Numbered from the stretch's first letter, positions 1-9,263 are shown. The stretch: 64,000 bases of DNA from Chloroflexota bacterium (GCA_043821265.1 JBDRCY010000001.1:2497-66496); one strand, 5' to 3'. The notes: generated by a model not told the origin, from the sequence alone. Numbers and translations are program-made.

Positions 1-206
1 GGTTCGTGGAAGCCGGCGGCGTGGGTTACCACGACGACCTTCATTCCCTGGAAAACGTCTACCGCCCTTACCGCCGTATCCCCGACGGTGGACGCCACCA
101 CTATGCTCGTAATACCCAGCTCGTCGGCCCTCTGGCGGGCAAGGCGCAGTACTTCCTCGCTGTTTTCCTTTCCCTTCTGCTCAAAATAGGCTACCTTTAA
201 CTCCAT
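1..206 (-). CDS. Partial CDS (N-terminal part; continues off the left edge); pyruvate-kinase C-terminal (alpha/beta) domain-like protein
   Basis: Reverse-strand translation from the ATG at 206-204 gives MELKVAYFEQKGKENSEEVLRLARQRADELGITSIVVASTVGDTAVRAVDVFQGMKVVVVTHAAGFHE. It is open to the window edge and resembles the small PK_C-like family. The listed + ORF 6..200 is its shadow. Confidence 0.5.
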   Translation of the reverse strand, partial: MELKVAYFEQKGKENSEEVLRLARQRADELGITSIVVASTVGDTAVRAVDVFQGMKVVVVTHAAGFHE

Positions 207-300
207 TTAGTTCTCCTTTCGGCCTGTTTTCGGCGGTTCTTTGTTACCTAGATTATAGCACTTTAGAATGTATTGCCTACCCCTAGCCAGTATGCTATAG

Positions 301-1521
301 TTGGCTATAGTGGATGCGAGTGTTGCTTTTGTTCCCTCAGGCAGTGTTACTTCCCCCCGGGGATTCCAGGCTGGCGCTACCTATGCCGGGCTGAAGAAAA
401 AGGCCGATGGCACCCTCGACCTGGGCATACTTTTCGCCGAAGTTCCCTGTGCTGTGGCCGGCAGGTTTACCTCTAATAAGATAAAAGCGGCGCCGGTGCT
501 CGTGTGCCAGCAGCGTTTAAAGCGGGGGAAGGCCAGGGCGGTGGTGGTTAATAGCGGCTGTGCTAATGCCTGTATCGGCGCAGCGGGCCTCGCCGATGCT
601 ACCCGGATGGCGGAATTGGCTGCCGGGCATATCGGTGTTTCGCCCCAGGACGTTCTGGTAGCCAGCACCGGGGTGATTGGCCAGAGGCTACCCGTGGAGC
701 TTATCGAGATGGGCATGAGCCAGATTGCTCTTTCCCCGGAGGGTGGTCCGGCGCTGGCCCGAGCGATGATGACCACCGACACGGTGCCCAAAGAGGTGGC
801 GGTTAGTGTGGCCCAGGGTGAATTTGTCATTGGGGGGGTGGCCAAGGGGGTGGGGATGATGCATCCCAGTCTGGCCACACTGCTCTGTTTTCTGACTACG
901 GATGCGGCGGTGACCGCCGATTTTCTAAAGACCGCACTGGCCCAGGCGGTAGACGTTTCCTTTAATATGGTTTCCGTCGACGGCTGCAGCAGCACCAACG
1001 ATACGGTGCTGCTAATGGCCAGCGGGCTGGCGGGGAACGAGCCGATAAGTAAAGACAGCCGCCGGGCCGAGACCTTTCAAAAAGCGCTTGACCAGGCCTG
1101 TATTTATCTGGCCCGGGCGGTGGCCCGTGATGGTGAGGGGGCGACCAAGCTTATTGAGGTCACGGTTAACGGGGCCTTAAATCTGGCCGATGCGCGCCTG
1201 GCGGCCCGAACTATTGTGAGCTCGTCTCTGCTTAAGGCGGCGGTCTATGGTAATGACCCTAACTGGGGACGGGTAATGGCCGCCCTTGGGCAGAGTGGGG
1301 TGGCGGTGGAGGAGTCGAAGGTTGACCTTTATATCGGTGGCACCTGCATGTTCAGGTCTGGCCGCCCGCAGCCGTTTGACCGGGAGGAGGCGGCACAGAT
1401 GCTCGCCACCGGTGAAGTGGTCATAAGTTTAAACCTTAACCGGGGTGGAGATAGTGCCACCGCCTGGGGCTGTGACCTTTCCGAGAAGTACGTGACTATA
1501 AACAGCCACTATACGACCTAA
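301..1521 (+). CDS. argJ: Bifunctional glutamate N-acetyltransferase / amino-acid acetyltransferase (ornithine acetyltransferase)
   Basis: 406 aa. Contains the ArgJ autoprocessing region ...SLATLLCFLTTDA... and the typical C-terminal ...YVTINSHYTT. TTG start at 301; GTG at 310 is an alternative. Confidence 0.9.
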   Translation: MAIVDASVAFVPSGSVTSPRGFQAGATYAGLKKKADGTLDLGILFAEVPCAVAGRFTSNKIKAAPVLVCQQRLKRGKARAVVVNSGCANACIGAAGLADATRMAELAAGHIGVSPQDVLVASTGVIGQRLPVELIEMGMSQIALSPEGGPALARAMMTTDTVPKEVAVSVAQGEFVIGGVAKGVGMMHPSLATLLCFLTTDAAVTADFLKTALAQAVDVSFNMVSVDGCSSTNDTVLLMASGLAGNEPISKDSRRAETFQKALDQACIYLARAVARDGEGATKLIEVTVNGALNLADARLAARTIVSSSLLKAAVYGNDPNWGRVMAALGQSGVAVEESKVDLYIGGTCMFRSGRPQPFDREEAAQMLATGEVVISLNLNRGGDSATAWGCDLSEKYVTINSHYTT

Positions 1522-1540
1522 AATGGGAGGCGCTCGAGTT

Positions 1541-3634
1541 ATGGATACGGAACGGGTGATAAGAAGTGTATGCCGCTTTTGCGCCGGGGGCTGCGGTATC
1601 CTGGTACATATGGAGAAGGGTAAGCCTGTCAGGATAGAGGGAGACCCGGATAACCCCATAAGCCAGGGGGTATTGTGTATTAAGGGTGCGGCGTCGCTGG
1701 AATATCTCAGTAGCCCTGACCGCCTAAAACACCCGCTGAAGAGGGTGGGGGAGCGGGGCCAGGGCCAGTGGCAGCCGGTTTCCTGGGACGAGGCCCTGAC
1801 TATGATAGCCGGGGAATTGAGCCGGGTGAGAGAGAACTACGGCGCTGAATCGCTGGCCGTAGTAATGGGGTCGTCCAAGGGCTACCAGGACGGCCTGTTA
1901 AAGAGGTTTGCCAATGCCTTTGGTACCCCTAATTTCGTCAGCTCGGCACAGGTCTGCTCGCTGCCGAGGATGCTCGGCTCTCAGGTAACCTGCGGGTTTA
2001 TGCCGGTGGCTGACTATGAGTATCCACCCGCCTGCCTTATACTCTGGGCTTTTAACCCGGCGGAGACCAATGCTGTTCATTACCGGCGGCTGACCAGGGC
2101 GCTGGATAGAGGCACCCGGCTTATTGTGATAGACCCCGCTAAGACGAAGCTGGCCAGCCGGGCGGACTGGTGGCTTAGAGTGAGGCCCGGCTCGGACCTG
2201 GCGTTGGCCCTGGCCATGATAAACGTAATAGTTAGTGAGGGCTTGTATGACCGGGCCTTTGTTGATAAGTGGACGGTTGGTTTTAACGAGCTCAAGGCCC
2301 ATGTCCAGGACTACTCGCCGGAGAGGGTATCTGAAATAATCTGGGTGGCGGCGGATACCATTCGGGAGATAGCCCGGTTTTATGCCACCCACAGGCCGGC
2401 GTGCATCGAGCTGGGTAATGCCTCTGAGCAGAATGTGAACAGCTTTCAAACGTCTCGCGCCGTGGCCATTTTGCGGGCCATTACCGGTAACCTCGGTGTA
2501 CCCGGTGGGGAATCGCAGAACTCGTCCCCACCAACGGTGGGGCGTCTTTCTCCCGGGATGCAGTTGGAGGAGAAGATGCCCGCAGAGAAGTGGCAGAAAA
2601 GGGTTGATGCCGACCTGGCCCTGCTGCCGGCCAGTTTGCGCTACGTGCTTCCCCAGAGTGTGGTCAGGGCTATACTGGAGGAGGAACCGTACCCCATTCG
2701 GGCGGCCTATATCGGTGGGTCTAACCCGCTGGCCACCTGGAGTAATGCCCGGCGGGCCTACGAGGCCCTGCAGAAGCTGGATTTCCTGGCGGTGGCTGAA
2801 ATGTTCATGACGCCGACGGCAGAGCTGGCCGATATAGTGCTGCCGGCGGCCAGCTATCTTGAGTTCGATAATGTTACCGGGCCCACCGGCTGGTCGGTGG
2901 CCCAGGTTCAGCAGAAGGTGGCCAGCGTCGGTGAGGCCTGGCCGGATATCAGGATATTGAACGAGCTGGCTAAGCGGATGGGGATGGGGGAGTATTTCTG
3001 GGCCGATGAAGGCGAGTTCCTCGAGGCCGTATTAAAGCCCGCCGGTTTAACCTTCGAAGAGTTTCGCAAGGTGGGGGTGATATGGGGAGACAGGCTCTAC
3101 CGAGATTATGAGGCGAATGGTTTTAAAACGCCCTCGGGTAAGGTTGATCTGTATTCCAGTAAGCTTGAGGATGCCGGGTTCGACCCGCTGCCGGTATATT
3201 ATGAGCTTACCGAAACACCGCTGGGTAGCCCCCAGCTGGCCGGGGAATACCCATTGCTTTTCATTACCTCCAAGTGGGCTCCCTACCGCCATTCCGGCGG
3301 CAGGGAGATATCCAGCCTGCGGGACGCCCGTCCCGAGCCGATCCTCAGCCTTAATCCCGAAACGGCTGCCGGGCTGGGGATAGATGAGGGCGACTGGGTG
3401 TATATTGAAACTGTGCGGGGCCGGATAAGGCAGCGGGCTCGTCTTGATGCAGACCTTGACCCCCGGGTGGTACATGCTGATTATGCTTGGTGGTTCCCGG
3501 AGAAGGGGGCCGGCGAATTATATGGCTGGGCAGAATCCAATATCAATATCCTGACCGATGATAAAAGGCCCTACAATCGCGAGATGGGCTCGCCCAATTT
3601 GCGGGGTATATTCTGCAGGGTCTATAAGGAGTGA
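1541..3634 (+). CDS. Molybdopterin (Mo/W-bisPGD) oxidoreductase, DMSO-reductase superfamily, cytoplasmic type
   Basis: N-terminal 4Fe-4S motif CRFCAGGCGILV...LCIKG. Large MopB-like body and a C-terminal beta-barrel-like end. No twin-arginine leader. GGGAGG at 1525-1530 precedes the ATG at 1541; the ORF track starts at 1523. Confidence 0.85.
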   Translation: MDTERVIRSVCRFCAGGCGILVHMEKGKPVRIEGDPDNPISQGVLCIKGAASLEYLSSPDRLKHPLKRVGERGQGQWQPVSWDEALTMIAGELSRVRENYGAESLAVVMGSSKGYQDGLLKRFANAFGTPNFVSSAQVCSLPRMLGSQVTCGFMPVADYEYPPACLILWAFNPAETNAVHYRRLTRALDRGTRLIVIDPAKTKLASRADWWLRVRPGSDLALALAMINVIVSEGLYDRAFVDKWTVGFNELKAHVQDYSPERVSEIIWVAADTIREIARFYATHRPACIELGNASEQNVNSFQTSRAVAILRAITGNLGVPGGESQNSSPPTVGRLSPGMQLEEKMPAEKWQKRVDADLALLPASLRYVLPQSVVRAILEEEPYPIRAAYIGGSNPLATWSNARRAYEALQKLDFLAVAEMFMTPTAELADIVLPAASYLEFDNVTGPTGWSVAQVQQKVASVGEAWPDIRILNELAKRMGMGEYFWADEGEFLEAVLKPAGLTFEEFRKVGVIWGDRLYRDYEANGFKTPSGKVDLYSSKLEDAGFDPLPVYYELTETPLGSPQLAGEYPLLFITSKWAPYRHSGGREISSLRDARPEPILSLNPETAAGLGIDEGDWVYIETVRGRIRQRARLDADLDPRVVHADYAWWFPEKGAGELYGWAESNINILTDDKRPYNREMGSPNLRGIFCRVYKE

Positions 3635-3777
3635 GTAGCAGGTTGGATAATGTCATCGTAGCCAAGATAGGCGGTGCCACCTTTGGCAGCCATGATGCTA
3701 TAAGGAGTGAGTAGTCGGTTGGACAATGTCATCGTAGTCAAGATAGGCGGTGCCACCTTCGGCAGCCATGATGCTAT
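3622..3777 (+). repeat. Tandem direct duplication (period 76 bp, two copies, about 5 mismatches by eye) of the argB ribosome-binding/start region
   Basis: Copy 1 (3622-3697) and copy 2 (3698-3773) both read ctataaggagtgagtag.ggttgga.aatgtcatcgtag.caagataggcggtgccacctt.ggcagccatgatg. ctat microhomology lies at both unit borders. Copy 1 encodes VSSRLDNVIVAKIGGATFGSHDAIRSE* (3631-3714). Confidence 0.9.
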
Positions 3778-4501
3778 TATCGAGGATATAGCCCGGCTCC
3801 AGCAGCAGGGCAAGTCTCTGGTGGTGGTGCACGGTGGCGCCAATATGGTAACCCAGTGGCTTACCCGGCTGGGGGTGCCCACAACTTTTATTGAGGGTGA
3901 ACGGGTGACCGATGAAGAGACGCTTAAGGTGGTAACCGCGGTTCTGGCCGGATTGGTTAACAAGGAGATTGTGGCTCAAATCATCGAAAGTGGCGGACGG
4001 GCGGTGGGTATCTGTGGCGTGGATGGTGCCCTTATCGGGGCGAAGATAAGGAGCCGGGAGCGTGGTTATGTGGGCGCGGTGGTCAAGGTTAATCCGGCCC
4101 CCCTGGTAGCGCTTGTAGGGGCGGGCTATATCCCGGTGGTGGCACCGCTTAGCCTCCATGCCTTTAAGCGTCCGGACGAAAGCACCCGCTTGCTAAATGT
4201 CAATGGCGATACGGTGGCCGGCGAGATTGCGGCAGCCCTTGGTGCCGAGAGCCTCATCCTGCTCACCGATGTGGCCGGTATTTGCGATAGTGTCGGCGAA
4301 TTGATACCCGAGCTGACGGCGGCAGCGGCGGAAGCCCTGCTGCTTTCGGGGGTGGCCTCCGGGGGGATGGTCCCCAAGGTCAGGGCCTGTCTCACCGCTT
4401 TGACGGGCACCTCCAGAGCACGTATTATAGATGGTAGACAGCCCCATGCCCTGCTCCGGGAGATTGAGGGGGGCGGTGGCGGCACCACTATAGGCAGGTA
4501 A
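3707..4501 (+). CDS. argB: Acetylglutamate kinase
   Basis: 264 aa. Amino-acid kinase fold signature ...VVKIGGATFG...VVHGGAN.... Follows argJ in an arg operon. Start is GTG 3707, or TTG 3719 with AAGGAG at 3702-3707. Confidence 0.9.
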   Translation: MSSRLDNVIVVKIGGATFGSHDAIIEDIARLQQQGKSLVVVHGGANMVTQWLTRLGVPTTFIEGERVTDEETLKVVTAVLAGLVNKEIVAQIIESGGRAVGICGVDGALIGAKIRSRERGYVGAVVKVNPAPLVALVGAGYIPVVAPLSLHAFKRPDESTRLLNVNGDTVAGEIAAALGAESLILLTDVAGICDSVGELIPELTAAAAEALLLSGVASGGMVPKVRACLTALTGTSRARIIDGRQPHALLREIEGGGGGTTIGR

Positions 4502-4503
4502 GG

Positions 4504-5700
4504 ATGGCTAACTGGCAGGAGCTTGAGAAAAAGTATTACATGAACACCTACAAGCGCGTTCCGCTAACCCTGGTAAGGGGAAGGGGGGCACGGGTGTGGG
4601 ATGAGGCTGGGCGGGAGTACCTTGACTTTGTGGGTGGCTGGGCGGTGGATTGTCTGGGACACTGTCATCCCAGAGTAACCGAGGCCCTGATGAAGCAGGC
4701 GGAGATGCTGGTCCATACCTCCAACCAGTTCTACACCATCCCCCAGCTTGAGCTGGCGGAACTGCTGGTAGAGAACAGCTGCCTGGATAAGGTGTTCTTC
4801 TGTAATAGCGGGGCTGAGGCTAATGAAGGGGCGGTGAAACTGGCCCGGCGCTACGGTAAGCTCCATCTTAACGGCGCCTATGAGGTTATTACGGCGGCAT
4901 CTTCTTTCCATGGTCGTACCCTGGCCATGGTGGCGGCTACCGGCCAGTCCAAGTTCCAGAGTCCCTACATTCCCCTGCCCACCGGCTTTGTCAACGTGGA
5001 GTATAATGATATAGCGGCGATAAAGGTGGCTACCACCGATAAGACCTGTGCCGTGATGCTGGAACCGATACAGGGCGAGGGGGGTGTCAATATACCCGGC
5101 GCTGGCTACCTGGCCGAGGTTCGGGCCTGGTGCGACCAGCGGGGAATGTTGCTTATCCTGGATGAAATACAGACCGGCATTGGGCGCACCGGCAGGCTTT
5201 TTGGCTATGAGCACTATGGCATTGAACCTGATATAATGACACTGGCCAAGGGTCTGGGCAGTGGTGTGCCCATCGGGGCCTTCCTCGCCAAGGATGGCGC
5301 CTCGGTGTTTGTCCCCGGGGACCATGGCTCGACCTTTGGTGGAAACCCCTTGGTCTGTGCTGCCGGTTACGCGACACTAGGGTATATCCTGGAGAATGAT
5401 GTGGTCGCCAGTGTCAGCAGTGTGGGCGAGTACCTGGTCGGTGAGCTTAATAAAATGAGGTCGAGGTTCCCGCGTATCACCGATGTGCGCGGTCTGGGAC
5501 TCCTGGTGGCCCTGCAGTTCGATGGCGATATTGCCCAGTCTCTGGTGATGGATTGCTTGGAGAAGGGCTTGCTGCTCAATGGGGTCAAGCCCGATACCCT
5601 GCGCTTTATGCCCCCGCTTATTATTGGTAAGGACGATGTCGATGAGGCGCTGGGTATTCTGAATGAGGTTTTATCAACTGCTAGTGAGGCGAAGGATTAA
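4504..5700 (+). CDS. argD: Acetylornithine aminotransferase (class III PLP aminotransferase)
   Basis: 398 aa. Contains ...SGAEANEGAVKLAR..., DEIQTGIGRTG and the PLP-lysine context TLAKGLG. Sits in an arg operon. Confidence 0.9.
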   Translation: MANWQELEKKYYMNTYKRVPLTLVRGRGARVWDEAGREYLDFVGGWAVDCLGHCHPRVTEALMKQAEMLVHTSNQFYTIPQLELAELLVENSCLDKVFFCNSGAEANEGAVKLARRYGKLHLNGAYEVITAASSFHGRTLAMVAATGQSKFQSPYIPLPTGFVNVEYNDIAAIKVATTDKTCAVMLEPIQGEGGVNIPGAGYLAEVRAWCDQRGMLLILDEIQTGIGRTGRLFGYEHYGIEPDIMTLAKGLGSGVPIGAFLAKDGASVFVPGDHGSTFGGNPLVCAAGYATLGYILENDVVASVSSVGEYLVGELNKMRSRFPRITDVRGLGLLVALQFDGDIAQSLVMDCLEKGLLLNGVKPDTLRFMPPLIIGKDDVDEALGILNEVLSTASEAKD

Positions 5701-5701
5701 G

Positions 5702-6607
5702 ATGGTCGGCAGAGACCGCAAGCTGAGCATACTGGCGACACTGACCATAATAGTGCTGCTTGTCGTAGTGTCGCTGGCTAACTCGTTTCCCGGGATTGGT
5801 ATAACCTCCGGGGTGGGAACGGAATGGGGTATCCCTTCTGACTACAACCCTGCCCCTGTGCCGCAGTCGGTGGTGGAGGATGCCAACAGGTTGGCCACAG
5901 AGCTATACGGTAGCAGCCAGGAGAAGTGGCAAGATTTTGTCGTCCAGTTGCTGGCTATGTATGATGAGGCCAGGGACAGCGATTTCGTTGTCATCTTTAA
6001 CTCGGGTGGCTGGGGGGGTAATCTGGTCGAGGAGTCTCCTGGCTGGTGGAGTATTCTCAGCAGTATCGAATATCAGCTGGGCACTTCCGGGTATAAGCCG
6101 CTGCTAATGAATCACCGGCGGACGGTGGAGAGCCTGCGCGGCAACCTGGAGGAGGCCTGGGAGATGTTTACCAGTTACCCGTCGAAGGCCGGGGATCTGG
6201 CCTGCCGGGTACAGTTCCTTACCGACAATGTTCCGGATATCAATGTTATCCTGGCCGGTGAGAGCACCGGTACGGTTATATGCGACCAGGCGATGATTAT
6301 GCTGGAGGATAACAGGCAGGTATATAGTATCCAGACCGGCCCTCCTTTCTGGCATACGAGTACCGCGCAGGAGCGGACGCTGCTGCTAACTGATAATGGG
6401 GTAGTCCCCGATTCCTTCAGCCTGGGGGATATTCCCGCCATGGCCAGGGCCAACCTGAGGAATATATTTGGCCTGGCTGGCGAGCATGAAAGCAAGGGCC
6501 GGGTGCTGCTCTTTTTGGAGGCGCCGGGACATGACTACGACTGGCAGTATCCCGCCGTTTATTCCCGGATTACCACCTTTCTGGAAGAGAATTTTGCCAT
6601 AAAGTGA
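5702..6607 (+). CDS. Hypothetical membrane-anchored protein with a GxSxG (GESTG) elbow; possible alpha/beta-hydrolase-like exoprotein
   Basis: ATG 5702 gives MVGRDRKLSILATLTIIVLLVVVSLANS (single N-terminal TM/signal anchor). Internal ILAGESTGTV. No family recognised by eye. Lies between argD and argG. Confidence 0.55.
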   Translation: MVGRDRKLSILATLTIIVLLVVVSLANSFPGIGITSGVGTEWGIPSDYNPAPVPQSVVEDANRLATELYGSSQEKWQDFVVQLLAMYDEARDSDFVVIFNSGGWGGNLVEESPGWWSILSSIEYQLGTSGYKPLLMNHRRTVESLRGNLEEAWEMFTSYPSKAGDLACRVQFLTDNVPDINVILAGESTGTVICDQAMIMLEDNRQVYSIQTGPPFWHTSTAQERTLLLTDNGVVPDSFSLGDIPAMARANLRNIFGLAGEHESKGRVLLFLEAPGHDYDWQYPAVYSRITTFLEENFAIK

Positions 6608-6639
6608 ACTAGTGCTGCTGGCTTAAGGGAGGTTTAAGG

Positions 6640-7893
6640 GTGCGAGATAAAGTAGTACTGGCCTATAGTGGCGGCCTGGATACCTCGGTGGCCATTAAGT
6701 GGCTGGCCGAGGAGTATAGCCTGGATGTTATTGCACTGGCGGTTGATGTGGGCAATGAACGCAACTATGCCGCTATTCGGGAGAAGGCGCTCAAGGTAGG
6801 GGCGGTAAAATCACTGGTAAGCGATGCCAAGGAGCTATTTGTTACCCACTTTATTTTCCCGGCGCTGAAGGCGGATGCCATCTACGAGGGTCGGTACTCG
6901 CTGGCGACGGCGTTGGCTCGCCCACTAATCGCCAAGCTGCTGGTGGATGCAGCCCGTGAGGAAGGGGCGACAGCGGTGGCTCACGGCTGCACCGGCAAGG
7001 GTAATGACCAGGTGAGGTTTGATGTCAGCATAAACGCCATGGCGCCCGACCTTAGGGTTATTGCCCCGGCACGGGAGTGGGGTATGACCCGCGAGGAGAC
7101 GATAAACTATGCCGAGCGCTATGACATCCCGGTGTCTATAACCAGCGCCAGCCCCTATTCCATTGACGAAAACCTGTGGGGGAGGAGTATCGAATGCGGT
7201 GTGCTGGAAGACCCCTGGGTGGAACCCCCTGAGGACGTATTTAGCTGGACGAAATCGCCCGATAAGGCCCCGGATGAGCCGGGCTATGTGGAGATTGGCT
7301 TTGAACGGGGCATCCCGGCCAGTCTGGACGCTAAGCCAATGGATGGCATCAGCCTGATCGGGCGCTTGCATGAGCTGGCCGGTAAGCACAGTATTGGCCG
7401 GGTGGACCATATCGAGAACCGCCTGGTAGGGATAAAGTCGCGGGAGATTTATGAGGCGCCGGCCGCCACCGTTCTGCTGGCGGCACATCAGGCCCTGGAG
7501 GCAATGGTGCTGAGTAAAGAGCAGATGCGTTTTAAGCAGAAGGTGGCCGCAGAATATGCCGACCTTATCTATAACGGGCTGTGGTTTACCGCCTATCATC
7601 AGGATATGGCGGCCTATGTTGCCAGTACCCAGCGGTGCGTGAGCGGCACGGTGCGGGTCAAGCTTTATAAGGGGAGCTTGACCATAGTCGGGCGAAAGTC
7701 GCCCTATTCGCTCTATAATTATAGGCTGGCTACCTATGACCAGGGTGATGTCTTTGACCAGAGTGCCTCGGTTGGTTTCATCCATATCTGGGGCCTGCCG
7801 GTGGTTACCCAGGCCCAGGTGCAGCCAGCCGATGAGACCGAGGGACCGCTGGGATTTATGCGACCGAGGAAAACGGGGGAAGGTAGTAAATGA
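6640..7893 (+). CDS. argG: Argininosuccinate synthase
   Basis: 417 aa. N-terminal VVLAYSGGLDTS ATP-pyrophosphatase motif; ...AHGCTGKGNDQVRF.... GGGAGG lies upstream of the GTG at 6640. Confidence 0.95.
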   Translation: MRDKVVLAYSGGLDTSVAIKWLAEEYSLDVIALAVDVGNERNYAAIREKALKVGAVKSLVSDAKELFVTHFIFPALKADAIYEGRYSLATALARPLIAKLLVDAAREEGATAVAHGCTGKGNDQVRFDVSINAMAPDLRVIAPAREWGMTREETINYAERYDIPVSITSASPYSIDENLWGRSIECGVLEDPWVEPPEDVFSWTKSPDKAPDEPGYVEIGFERGIPASLDAKPMDGISLIGRLHELAGKHSIGRVDHIENRLVGIKSREIYEAPAATVLLAAHQALEAMVLSKEQMRFKQKVAAEYADLIYNGLWFTAYHQDMAAYVASTQRCVSGTVRVKLYKGSLTIVGRKSPYSLYNYRLATYDQGDVFDQSASVGFIHIWGLPVVTQAQVQPADETEGPLGFMRPRKTGEGSK

Positions 7894-9263
7894 GCCATAT
7901 ACGTGGCCGCTTTCGGAAGCCGGTCGATAAACTGGCCGCCGAATACACCGCTTCTATTGCCTTCGATTGGCGGCTCTATCCCTATGATATTGCCGGTAGC
8001 ATAGCTCACGCCAGGATGCTGGGCAAGCAGGGTATAATCCCGGCGGAAGACGCTGAGACCATCGTGGGGGGGCTGACTGACATTAAAGAGGAGATGGAGC
8101 AGGGCCGGTTCCTGTTCAAGCCGGAACTGGAAGATATTCACCTGAATATTGAGGCGGCACTTATGGAGAGGATAGGGGGGGTGGGTGGTAAGCTGCACAC
8201 GGCGCGCTCCCGCAATGACCAGGTGGCCCTGGACTTACGCCTTTTCGCTAAGGAGGCAATATCCCAGACACGGGATGGCTTGCGACAGCTGGAGCAGGCC
8301 CTGGTAGGCCTGGCCATTGCCCATAAGGATGTGGTCATGCCGGGATATACCCACCTGCAGCCGGCACAGCCGGTGCTTTTGGCCCATCATCTCCTGGCCT
8401 ATTTCGAGATGCTGGAGCGGGATATCAGCCGCTTTGATGATTGCCTTAGGCGGGTCGATGTTATGCCCCTGGGCAGCGGGGCACTGGCCGGCGTGGGCTA
8501 TGATATTGACCGCAAGTTCGTTGCCCGCGAGCTGGGTTTTTCATGTGTAAGCACCAATAGTATCGATACCGTCTCCGACCGGGATTTCGTGGTGGAGTAT
8601 GAGGCGGCAGCCAGCCTGTGTATGCTGCACCTTTCCCGGCTGGCGGAGGAGATTATTCTGTGGTCTTCGGCCGGGTTCGATTTTATTGAACTGGATGAGG
8701 CCTATACCACCGCCAGCAGTATTATGCCGCAGAAGAAAAACCCCGACGTGGCGGAACTGGCGCGGGGTAAGACGGGTCGTATTTATGGTAGGCTTATGGC
8801 CCTGCTGACCACCATGAAGGCCCTGCCACTTGCCTATAACCGGGATATGCAGGAGGACAAGGAGGGCTTCTTTGACACGGTGGATACCCTCTTGGCTACC
8901 CTCGGTGTCTTCACCGGCGTGATTAAGACGGTGAAAATAAAAAGGGGGAATATGCGTAAGGCGGCTAAGCTGGGCTACACCCTGGCCACCGACCTGGCTG
9001 ATTATCTGGTGAAGAAGGGGGAACCCTTCCGCCGGGCTCACGATATAGTGGGCCGGCTGGTGAGTTATGCCGAGGAGCAGGGTAAGTCCCTGAAGGAGCT
9101 TGATATCGCTGAGTATAAAACCTTTTCCACACGCTTTGAAGATGATGTTTATGCCCTTACCATGAAGGCGTCGCTTAGAGCCAGAGATGTTATCGGCGGC
9201 ACCGCCCCCAAGCAGGTGGCGCGAGCGCTGGCGGCTGCCCGCAGGAAGGTCGGAGGACTTTAG
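7890..9263 (+). CDS. argH: Argininosuccinate lyase
   Basis: 457 aa. Fumarate-lyase family signature ...GSSIMPQKKNPD... (here ASSIMPQKKNPDVAE). ATGA overlap with the argG stop. Confidence 0.95.
   Translation: MSHIRGRFRKPVDKLAAEYTASIAFDWRLYPYDIAGSIAHARMLGKQGIIPAEDAETIVGGLTDIKEEMEQGRFLFKPELEDIHLNIEAALMERIGGVGGKLHTARSRNDQVALDLRLFAKEAISQTRDGLRQLEQALVGLAIAHKDVVMPGYTHLQPAQPVLLAHHLLAYFEMLERDISRFDDCLRRVDVMPLGSGALAGVGYDIDRKFVARELGFSCVSTNSIDTVSDRDFVVEYEAAASLCMLHLSRLAEEIILWSSAGFDFIELDEAYTTASSIMPQKKNPDVAELARGKTGRIYGRLMALLTTMKALPLAYNRDMQEDKEGFFDTVDTLLATLGVFTGVIKTVKIKRGNMRKAAKLGYTLATDLADYLVKKGEPFRRAHDIVGRLVSYAEEQGKSLKELDIAEYKTFSTRFEDDVYALTMKASLRARDVIGGTAPKQVARALAAARRKVGGL

Noticed and set aside
6-200. Plus-strand 64-aa ORF at the left edge
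   Set aside because: It is a shadow of the minus-strand PK_C-like gene, whose N-terminus (MELKVAYFEQKGKENSEEVL...) reads cleanly from 206 leftwards.
207-300. Possible ArgR/AhrC ARG box upstream of argJ (tttagaatgtattg region)
   Set aside because: Only a loose resemblance to the TNTGAAT-N4-ATTCANA type box. No second box at the expected spacing could be seen by eye.
381-998. Long antisense ORFs overlapping confidently assigned genes. Examples are 381..998(-), 4564..5325(-), 6925..7785(-), 17283..17696(+), 25088..26404(-, 438 aa), 34823..35530(+), 38546..39091(-), 40587..41405(-), 42851..43444(-) and 46682..47314(+).
   Set aside because: Each lies fully inside a gene with clear family motifs on the other strand or in another frame. 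Their translations are Arg/Gly/Pro/His-rich and low-complexity, as expected for stop-poor shadow frames in high-GC DNA. None has recognisable motifs or an RBS.
1541-3634. In-frame TGA (selenocysteine) in the formate-dehydrogenase-like oxidoreductase
   Set aside because: The ORF is uninterrupted. The position of the expected Mo ligand is a Cys codon (..SSAQVCSLPR..), and no SECIS-like context is needed.
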